A stretch of DNA of 32,000 nucleotides, taken from the NCBI GenBank assembly GCA_943789275.1, contig CALSTM010000003.1:90001-122000 (forward strand), written 5' to 3'. Numbering within the stretch: the stretch's first letter is position 1; every line of letters starts with the position of its first letter. Origin of the DNA: Candidatus Poseidoniaceae archaeon. GTDB taxonomy: Archaea > Thermoplasmatota > Poseidoniia > Poseidoniales > Poseidoniaceae. Under the pieces are notes generated by a model. It searched no databases. It saw nothing but the letters and a program-made list of their open reading frames with translations, and was not told the origin of the DNA. Below are positions 25,296-32,000 of this stretch, piece after piece. The position numbers and the translations under genes are program-made.

Positions 25296-26312
25296 TCATA
25301 CCTTACGGCTTAATTCTTCGAAAGATTCCATCGAATCAGTGAGTGTTGAATCTATACTGCGTAGATTGATTCCGAGCATCTGTTCTGTATCTTGGATGTC
25401 GTAGTTAACGTGTCTACCGGTGGATGAACGAACCTGTTTCACTGTTAGTTTCGGGTGAAATCCGGCCATGACAAGAGCAAGTAGGGTTGGCAATCGAGCA
25501 ACTGGCCACTTCCGTTCAGGAAGTATTCGTCTCAAGGCAACACCCAATTCCTTCATCCATAGGCCCGTTTTATGGACAATATAGCGCCCCCCATCTTGTC
25601 CATTTTCAATGGCGTTGACGTGCGCTTGTGCGACATCACGAACATCAACAAAGTTGAGGTGTGCGTTGAGGACAAACGGCATTTTCCCTCTGTAATGTTT
25701 GAGGTAAGCCATCGAACCTCGAGCGTGTCGCTCGTGAAAAATTGGTCCAAACACAATCGACGGGTGGATGGTTACCAGCCGTATTTTTCTTGTAGACGCG
25801 TTGCATTGGTCAATAAACGCTCTCATTTTTCGTTCGGCTTCAGCCTTTGCAAGCCCGTAAGGGTTTGACTGTAACGATGCATCATCGCACCAATCGTTTG
25901 AGGTGAAGGTTTCCCCGTCCTCATACCGAGTGCGCCGTATGGCTGCGACCGAGGAAGTGTGAATGACGGTATGAACTGCGTCGTTTCCTCGTATTGCTTC
26001 ACACAAGTTCTGTGTCCCTGCTACGGACGGGTCAACCACATCGCGTTGAGGGTCTTTGACATCAACCATGAGGCTCGCCGCACAATGAACAACCGTATCG
26101 CAACCGGAAACGGCAGTGTGAACCGAATCAACTTCGAGTAAATCCATTTGGACGATTTCAAGAGATGAATCGGCATGCTGTGGAAACGACTTGAGAAATT
26201 GAGCATTTTGAACATCGCGAACCGTTGCCCTCACATGCCTTCCTTCAGACAACAAGAGATGAACGACATGTGAACCGATAAATCCAGCAGCGCCGGTAAC
26301 CAAGACGACCAT
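25296..26312 (-). CDS. NAD(P)-dependent extended SDR, dihydroflavonol/cinnamoyl-CoA reductase-like epimerase/reductase
   Basis: Rossmann motif VTGAAGFIGSHVV at the N-terminus, catalytic YGLAKAEAE (YxxxK), and HTSS upstream of it. Confidence 0.8.
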   Translation of the reverse strand: MVVLVTGAAGFIGSHVVHLLLSEGRHVRATVRDVQNAQFLKSFPQHADSSLEIVQMDLLEVDSVHTAVSGCDTVVHCAASLMVDVKDPQRDVVDPSVAGTQNLCEAIRGNDAVHTVIHTSSVAAIRRTRYEDGETFTSNDWCDDASLQSNPYGLAKAEAERKMRAFIDQCNASTRKIRLVTIHPSIVFGPIFHERHARGSMAYLKHYRGKMPFVLNAHLNFVDVRDVAQAHVNAIENGQDGGRYIVHKTGLWMKELGVALRRILPERKWPVARLPTLLALVMAGFHPKLTVKQVRSSTGRHVNYDIQDTEQMLGINLRSIDSTLTDSMESFEELSRKV

Positions 26313-26394
26313 GTTCAGCGATACACATCCACCACTTCATTCATGCCATCAATCAAACATCACATTGATGCCAAACCCCCACCTCGGACTTAAC

Positions 26395-28173
26395 ATGCGA
26401 ATCGCAGTATTCCTGTCATTGCTGGTCCTCCTCGGTCCACTTTCAGGATGTATTGGTAGCGATTCATCCTCTACAGTCTCGTCTGAATCACCAGATTATC
26501 CGTCTGAGTGGAATCGCCATACGCTGGACTGGAATTGGACGGACAGCTACTCCTATGTTCTCGAACCGGGGCCTTACACGGCTCTTGAAGTGCAGGAGGC
26601 AACATTTGAGGTCGATACCTCGGATGTTTGGGAGACTGGCCCGGCTACCTCGAACGTCCATCTTTCTTACTGGCTACCATCAAACACAGAATTGGGCGAA
26701 AAAGTCCCAGTCATCGCCGTCGTTAGCCCGTACTTCTCGTTTGGACAGCCTGGCGATGAATCGGGTGCAACGTATGTTGTTGGTGCTGGGCGAGGCGAAT
26801 TCATTTACGATAATTACATCCCCCATGGCTACGCATTTGCTCAAGTGTCCGTTTTTGGTACTGAGGAATCATCAGGTTGTTTTGATTATCGAGGAGAAGG
26901 TGAGGGGTGGGGCATTCACAAGGCAGTTGAATGGCTCGGTACCCAAAATTGGTCGAACGGAAAAGTTGGTCTTTACGGCAAATCCTACGAAGGTGCAACA
27001 CAGTGGGAGGCTGCTGCACTTGGCAGCGAACATCTCGCCACAATCGTGCCCATATCCGGTACGACAGGGCTTCATCCTCTTCTCTACAAAAACGGTAGCG
27101 CAGAAGCAAGAAGTCAAGTTATGCACATGAATTATTTCAGCAGCACCGTTGATTACAACGAGGACGACTTCGATAATATCTGTCCGGACATCATCGAAGG
27201 ATTCTTCGCTGGGCCAGTAACTTACGGTGCTGGTGAACTTGACCCCTATATGTCAAACTATTACGACGAGCGAGAACATTTGTCCAAGGCTTTCCAAAAT
27301 TACAACGGTAGCGTTTACTGGGTTCAGGGGATGCAAGACTGGAACGTCGATCCGCACCAAGTTTTCCCCGGATACCAAATGTTCGTTGATGGAGGTTTTG
27401 AGGTTCGTGGAATGCTAGGGCAATGGGAGCACAATTACCCAGACCAGTGGTCAAAACACAATGCTCAGGACAGTGGGTACGGCGGAGAAGCGATTCATAA
27501 CATGACGCGCTGGGATTGGGCTCAGGACCTCTTTGAATGGTTTGAGTATTATCTCAAAGGCATTGGTGAAAAGCCAGAACTTCATGCTCAAATCCAGCGG
27601 AATGACGGCGAATGGAGGATCGAATCTACATGGCCACCACTCGATGCAGCACCCCTTCCAGTCTCCTTAGCTGATTGCTCTCAAACGGGTCAGCGCGTTG
27701 CTGGTGCCAGCGTCGGTGGCGGCGGCCTTTCGGGAGTAACTTTTGATTGCCCAGCACTGTTCGAGGAACAAGACGCTCACCTTTCTGGTTTGTTTACTCT
27801 GCACTTAGATGTGACCGCTGCAATGGACGGCGGGCAAATCTTTGCTGAAATGCAAGACGCCGAAACCGGACTACGGCTCGGCCATGCCACCATGGATATT
27901 CGATATTACCAAGGCGGCAGCGACCCAACGACCGTACTCCCTGGACAAAGTCTGACTATGCTGATGGAGTTCCAAGCCATTGACGCCATTCTCCCCGCAG
28001 GGCACGGCATCCGACTTGTTCTTACCGAGACAGGAGAGGATTATTTGGCACCAGCGTGCGGTATTCTTTGCCCTGTAACTGTGAATGGTGGGACGTTGAC
28101 CGTTCACCAAATCATCAGAGACGGCAGTATGACGCTCATCACACCTCAAGGTGATGAAGCAGCCAACAATTAG
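26395..28173 (+). CDS. secreted CocE/NonD / X-Pro dipeptidyl-peptidase (S15) family hydrolase with lipobox-like signal
   Basis: Nucleophile elbow GLYGKSYEGATQW (GxSYxG). The signal from ATG 26395 is MRIAVFLSLLVLLGPLSGCIGSDSS. The C-terminal beta-rich region is typical of the family. Confidence 0.8.
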   Translation: MRIAVFLSLLVLLGPLSGCIGSDSSSTVSSESPDYPSEWNRHTLDWNWTDSYSYVLEPGPYTALEVQEATFEVDTSDVWETGPATSNVHLSYWLPSNTELGEKVPVIAVVSPYFSFGQPGDESGATYVVGAGRGEFIYDNYIPHGYAFAQVSVFGTEESSGCFDYRGEGEGWGIHKAVEWLGTQNWSNGKVGLYGKSYEGATQWEAAALGSEHLATIVPISGTTGLHPLLYKNGSAEARSQVMHMNYFSSTVDYNEDDFDNICPDIIEGFFAGPVTYGAGELDPYMSNYYDEREHLSKAFQNYNGSVYWVQGMQDWNVDPHQVFPGYQMFVDGGFEVRGMLGQWEHNYPDQWSKHNAQDSGYGGEAIHNMTRWDWAQDLFEWFEYYLKGIGEKPELHAQIQRNDGEWRIESTWPPLDAAPLPVSLADCSQTGQRVAGASVGGGGLSGVTFDCPALFEEQDAHLSGLFTLHLDVTAAMDGGQIFAEMQDAETGLRLGHATMDIRYYQGGSDPTTVLPGQSLTMLMEFQAIDAILPAGHGIRLVLTETGEDYLAPACGILCPVTVNGGTLTVHQIIRDGSMTLITPQGDEAANN

Positions 28174-28760
28174 TCCGGCGTATTGTTGCTTCTGAGTGCA
28201 CGAATCATATCGATTCGACTGACAAGCCCAACAAGTTCTCCCCGCCGACTCACCAAGAGAAGTTCAGAACTACCCAATAAACGCCGAGCTTCACCAATAG
28301 ACACATCTGCATCAATCAAGGTAAAGTCCACCCTCATCACTTCCTCGACCAGAGCGTTTCTCGAAACGTTCTCTTTCAACAGACTTGATTCAGATACCAG
28401 GCCAATGACTGAACCATCGGCGTTCAATACAGGGAGGTGACTTATCCCTCCAATCACCATCTTGTCGATGGAGGATTGCACAGTATCTGTTTGAGCCAGC
28501 GTCGTAATTTCACTTACCATGATGTCCCCTACTGTGTGGGCTTCTTCCGGGTTTTCTTCTCGCTTGAGTGCTCGAACCATTTTTCTCAAGGTAGACACTC
28601 TTGGGTCGACAACTTCATTTTCGACTTTGGCAATCACCGACTGCGTTAGGCCGGAGCGCTCAGCCAGCATGGCTTGAGTGAGTCCCAATGACTTACGCCA
28701 TTGACGTAAATAGCCGCCCGTGGGGATTTCCATTGTACGGTCCTGGTTGGCGAAGGACAT
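28170..28760 (-). CDS. transcriptional regulator, N-terminal XRE-type HTH plus C-terminal CBS-domain pair
   Basis: HTH region LRQWRKSLGLTQAMLAERSGLTQSVIAKVENE. Two CBS-like units (VGDIMVSEITTL...HLPVLNADGSVIGLVS and VEEVMRVDFTLI...LLLVSRRGELVGLVSRIDM). GGTGA SD 5 nt upstream of the ATG. Confidence 0.8.
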   Translation of the reverse strand: MSFANQDRTMEIPTGGYLRQWRKSLGLTQAMLAERSGLTQSVIAKVENEVVDPRVSTLRKMVRALKREENPEEAHTVGDIMVSEITTLAQTDTVQSSIDKMVIGGISHLPVLNADGSVIGLVSESSLLKENVSRNALVEEVMRVDFTLIDADVSIGEARRLLGSSELLLVSRRGELVGLVSRIDMIRALRSNNTPD

Positions 28761-28998
28761 GAGTTCACCGGTCGGCGCCCAGTTTCAACGAGAAACTCGG
28801 AGGAAAAATCTCCTTGTTCAAATGGTTACGGAACAACATTGTACGCGAACATACGAATAAATTACGACGCGTATGCGCTCCGAATAATAAGCAAATGACT
28901 TACAATAATTTATTATAACAATCATTTGATAAAATAAAACTAAAATTAGTTGAGCGTATGTTTGATATACCGTCTCGACAGGCAACGGGGTGATACCC
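28761..28998. promoter_or_regulatory. AT-rich divergent intergenic region (promoters of the HTH-CBS regulator and the type II glutamine synthetase)
   Basis: This is the only long AT-rich non-coding stretch in the window. It has several TATA-like runs (AATAATTTATTATAA, GATAAAATAAAACTAAAATTAG), an imperfect dyad at 28845..28878, and a GGGGTGAT SD at 28987..28994 ahead of ATG 28999. Confidence 0.6.
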
Positions 28999-30012
28999 AT
29001 GATGGATAAAGCAAAACTAGAGTACATTTGGCTCGACGGATATTTCCCAACTCAGAACATGCGAAGCAAGACACTCGTGAAGAAAGATTTCACCGGAACA
29101 CTCGAAGAATGCCCAATGTGGAACTTCGACGGATCATCAACCAAACAAGCTGAAGGAAACTCCTCGGACTGCCTTCTCAAACCAGTTGCCATCTACCCAG
29201 ACCCTCAGCGATTCAACGGTTATTTGGTCATGTGTGAAGTTATGAATGCCGATGGAACACCTCACGCAAGCAACGGACGAGCTACGATTGAAGACGACGA
29301 TGAAGATTTCTGGTTCGGTTTTGAACAAGAATATTTCATCATGGACACAGAAACCCAACTCCCTCTTGGATTCCCAGTAGGTGGATTCCCCGGACCTCAA
29401 GGGATGTACTACTGTTCAGTTGGTGGCAGGAACACGCACGGGCGTTCTTTAGTCGAAGAACACGCTGACCTTTGCCTTGATGCTGGAATAAACTTTGAAG
29501 GAATCAACCAAGAAGTTGCGTGTGGGCAATGGGAATTCCAAATTTTTGCGAAGGGTGCTAAGAAAGCCGGCGACGAACTTTGGGTCGCTCGATACCTTCT
29601 CGACCGTTTGACTGAAAGTTACGGTTGTTACATTGAATACCATCCAAAACCAGTCAAGGGAGACTGGAACGGGTCAGGAATGCACGCTAATTTCTCCGAT
29701 GGACGAATGCGGGATGAGGGTGGAGAGGAACTGTTCACCAAAATCTGTGAAGAATTTGGTAAGAACATCAAGAAGCACATGGACGTCTATGGCGAATATA
29801 ACGACCAACGTCTTACAGGGCTTCACGAGACCCAATCCATTGACCAATTCTCATACGGCGTTTCTGACCGCGGGGCATCCATCCGAATCCCGGTAACCGT
29901 TCCTGAAGACGGCTGGGTTGGGCGCCTCGAAGATCGCCGGCCGGCATCGAATGGAGACCCATACAAGATTGGCGCTGTGATCATTTCGACCACCAAAGCT
30001 TCTTACAATTGA
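28999..30012 (+). CDS. glnII: glutamine synthetase type II (eukaryote-like GSII)
   Basis: 337 aa. YIWLDG, MWNFDGSSTKQAEG, SDCLLKPV, FGFEQEYF, GQWEFQ, GSGMHANFS and the C-terminal RRPASNGDPY are all GSII hallmarks. The size is too small for GSI or GSIII. Confidence 0.85.
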   Translation: MMDKAKLEYIWLDGYFPTQNMRSKTLVKKDFTGTLEECPMWNFDGSSTKQAEGNSSDCLLKPVAIYPDPQRFNGYLVMCEVMNADGTPHASNGRATIEDDDEDFWFGFEQEYFIMDTETQLPLGFPVGGFPGPQGMYYCSVGGRNTHGRSLVEEHADLCLDAGINFEGINQEVACGQWEFQIFAKGAKKAGDELWVARYLLDRLTESYGCYIEYHPKPVKGDWNGSGMHANFSDGRMRDEGGEELFTKICEEFGKNIKKHMDVYGEYNDQRLTGLHETQSIDQFSYGVSDRGASIRIPVTVPEDGWVGRLEDRRPASNGDPYKIGAVIISTTKASYN

Positions 30013-30314
30013 GATTCAACTTCGTTCTTTCGAACGCGATAGACGCCGAGAATGACGGCACCGATGACCGTTAGGGTCATGATGTTCGCAGCAATCATGG
30101 CAAATGAATCCACGAGGACACCATAGAGTAACCACAGCCCCAGTGCAAACGATACCACGCCAAATGTTGCCAGCGAAATACCGTCATGGCGCTTGTGAAC
30201 CCAGACTTGGATGATTTGCGGAATCCAAGCAATGATTCCGATGACGCCTGCGAGCAAGCCAATCGCCTCAATCCATGCCTCTGCCATATCCATTGCCGTC
30301 GAAGCAACCTTCAT
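30003..30314 (-). CDS. SemiSWEET / PQ-loop family three-helix transporter
   Basis: 103 aa from ATG 30314, with a GAGGT SD 3 nt upstream (TAAcattgtcacGAGGTttgATG). Three TM helices. PQ motif in TM1 (IAWIPQIIQVWVHKRHDGISL). Confidence 0.6.
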   Translation of the reverse strand: MKVASTAMDMAEAWIEAIGLLAGVIGIIAWIPQIIQVWVHKRHDGISLATFGVVSFALGLWLLYGVLVDSFAMIAANIMTLTVIGAVILGVYRVRKNEVESQL

Positions 30315-30331
30315 CAAACCTCGTGACAATG

Positions 30332-31267
30332 TTAGACATTCTTTGCCCACGGAGCGGGTGGCTTTGAGATGTTGATGTGAGTGATGTTCGCCCAATCGAC
30401 TTTGCGTGGAGACTTTTCGCCGACGACGTGCATTTCGAGTTTCAAATCATAGGGGATTTTGGCCACGATGTTCTTGCCGCCTGTTTTGAGCGTCACCTCA
30501 CTTGGGTTGTTTGAAAACAGTGACAAGAGAGAGCGATGGTGGACGGTTGTTGCTTCAACCCCTTCACTTCGAGTGGCGAACCAAGAACGCAATTGGTCCC
30601 CTAATCCCAGCGCATAAACATCACCTTTGAGCATCAATCCCCCGTGCAAATGAACTTCGTCCCAAGTATTGAACCCCTCCAAAGTTTCGACTAAGTCCGG
30701 GTTTATCTCACCTGGAGCCGTTGTTTCCAGTATCTTGATGAAACCGGCTTCATCCACCATTTTCGCAGCTAAATCCTCTGGTATTTCAGGCCAGTCAAGC
30801 CGTTGATGCGTCATGGCTACAATGACGTCAACCTCCAACGGGTCTTGTTGGTGTGGAGTCGCAGGAGGTTCCAACCGTTTGTTATGCAGCGCGGTGAGGA
30901 TCTTTGCTTTGCGTGCGATTCTATCAGCAACGCCATCGTGATTGTGCTGCGTACCGTTGTTTCTGTTTTGGACGAAGTGATGTTCCTTGGTAATGATGAA
31001 TGAGCCAGCCCAGTGCTTCTGTTCAACCACCAGCATTGTGTTTCCACCAATGACAACCATGTCAATTTCACGTCGTCCACCGTCAGGGTCGGGTATTCGT
31101 ACAGATTCGTAAATGCTCCATCCGTTTTCTCGTCCAGCAGCTCTGGAAAGTTTACACAAGCGCATTTCAGCCAAATCGCCCGCGCGGTGTATGTCGTCAG
31201 GTGGGTGTTTCAAACGTCGTGAACGCCACCAATTCCACCGAACCTTGAACGACATAAGCCACATCAC
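30332..31267 (-). CDS. NERD (nuclease-related) domain protein with uncharacterised C-terminal domain
   Basis: The NERD core GDLAEMRLCKLS...REIDMVVIGGNTMLVVEQKHWAGSF has the E-x-K nuclease-like signature. The start region GTGATG overlaps the stop of the upstream HAD gene. ATG 31264 and ATG 31255 (7 nt after GGTGAT) are alternative starts. Confidence 0.7.
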   Translation of the reverse strand: MMWLMSFKVRWNWWRSRRLKHPPDDIHRAGDLAEMRLCKLSRAAGRENGWSIYESVRIPDPDGGRREIDMVVIGGNTMLVVEQKHWAGSFIITKEHHFVQNRNNGTQHNHDGVADRIARKAKILTALHNKRLEPPATPHQQDPLEVDVIVAMTHQRLDWPEIPEDLAAKMVDEAGFIKILETTAPGEINPDLVETLEGFNTWDEVHLHGGLMLKGDVYALGLGDQLRSWFATRSEGVEATTVHHRSLLSLFSNNPSEVTLKTGGKNIVAKIPYDLKLEMHVVGEKSPRKVDWANITHINISKPPAPWAKNV

Positions 31268-32000
31268 CGTAACAATTCGTCCACGCTCTTGACGATGACG
31301 GTTGGCTGCTGTTCTGCACCGTCTGGGAGTTCGTTGACATCGTCCATGGTCGCTTCACCTGAGAGGACCAGTACGCCAACACAACCCGCACGGCTCGCCA
31401 TGGCGAGGTCGGTGTACAAACGGTCGCCAACCATGGCGCAACGGGCAGGGTCGAGGCCTAAGGCTTCGATTTTGTGAAGAATCATTCCAGCGTTGGGCTT
31501 TCCAGAAATGTGAACAGGGTCAACTCCAGTTGTTGCTTTGAGCATGGCTAAGTACGCTCCAACATCCGGCAATCCTCCATCAGGAGATGGGCAGACCATA
31601 TCCGGGTGACTTGCCACTAAGGGTACGCCAGAGTGCATGAATATGCTGGCTTGAGATATTTTTTCATACGAAATTTCAGTATCGTATCCAAGTACAACGT
31701 ATTGGGGCTCTTGACTTTGGGTTTCTATGCCCTTTTCTTCAAGCATTTCTCTCATGCCTTCAGTTCCGATTAACCATGTTTTTGTGATGCCGTTTGAGTC
31801 GAGCCAAGAGAGCAAGTCATGCGTCGATAGCAAAACATCGTCGGCTTCTGCAGGTATTCCAAACGCTTGCAACTTCTTCACATATTGCTTGACTGAACGG
31901 CTTGAATTGTTTGAAAGAAAGTATCGTTTCACGCCCTTTTCATCGCAGCGGGCGAGGAAGTCAAGCGCGCCCTCAATGAGGTTTCCACCCAAATAAATCG
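31264..32000 (-). CDS. HAD-superfamily subfamily IIA phosphatase (NagD/PNPase-like), 5'-truncated by the window edge
   Basis: FLSNNSSRS, SGKPN and MVGDRLYTDLAMASRAG. The reading frame stays open to position 32000 (..IYLGGNLIEGA), so the DxDGT motif lies outside the window. Confidence 0.8.
   Translation of the reverse strand, partial: IYLGGNLIEGALDFLARCDEKGVKRYFLSNNSSRSVKQYVKKLQAFGIPAEADDVLLSTHDLLSWLDSNGITKTWLIGTEGMREMLEEKGIETQSQEPQYVVLGYDTEISYEKISQASIFMHSGVPLVASHPDMVCPSPDGGLPDVGAYLAMLKATTGVDPVHISGKPNAGMILHKIEALGLDPARCAMVGDRLYTDLAMASRAGCVGVLVLSGEATMDDVNELPDGAEQQPTVIVKSVDELLR

Noticed and set aside
1-32000. A scan for rRNA, tRNA, CRISPR repeats, transposase or integrase genes, long direct or inverted repeats, and prophage-like content.
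   Set aside because: I recognised nothing of these kinds by eye. The intergenic spacers are short (mostly under 170 nt) and lack tRNA-like GTTCGAATC-type T-arm signatures. A computational scan (tRNAscan, Infernal) could still find small ncRNAs that I missed.

Overview
Gene-dense chromosomal window with about 29 CDS on both strands; neighbouring genes often overlap or abut by 1-10 nt. I recognised no rRNA, tRNA, CRISPR array, transposase or integrase. Archaeal hallmark genes are present: geranylgeranylglyceryl-phosphate synthase, and ribosomal protein LX followed by prefoldin alpha and FtsY. They sit among a proteorhodopsin, two large secreted peptidases and many bacterial- or eukaryote-type genes (UvrA, RluA-type pseudouridine synthase, TauE, MamK-like actin, type II glutamine synthetase, URA3-type PyrF). 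This mix suggests a marine planktonic euryarchaeon of the Marine Group II/III (Poseidoniales-like) kind, but that assignment is inference from gene content only. All family calls come from motifs read in the supplied translations and recalled family signatures; no searches were run. Observations most worth follow-up: (1) A MamK-family actin-like ATPase with its own promoter and SD, followed by a 421-aa coiled-coil protein, with no magnetosome genes nearby. This is a candidate uncharacterised archaeal cytoskeletal module. (2) The proteorhodopsin has a D-T-K motif (Lys at the proton-donor position) and Met at the spectral tuning site. It has no ATG or GTG start. A promoter-proximal leaderless ORF with a signal-peptide-like N-terminus runs into it exactly one nucleotide out of frame at a TGA-TGA. 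(3) A PurS-PurS-PurL fusion with a separate PurQ. (4) A roughly 1040-aa membrane-anchored subtilase carrying thrombospondin type-3 calcium-binding repeats. (5) A type II glutamine synthetase divergent from an HTH-CBS regulator across the only strongly AT-rich intergenic region. (6) A membrane-anchored orphan receiver domain. (7) A translationally coupled HAD-IIA / NERD / SemiSWEET operon.
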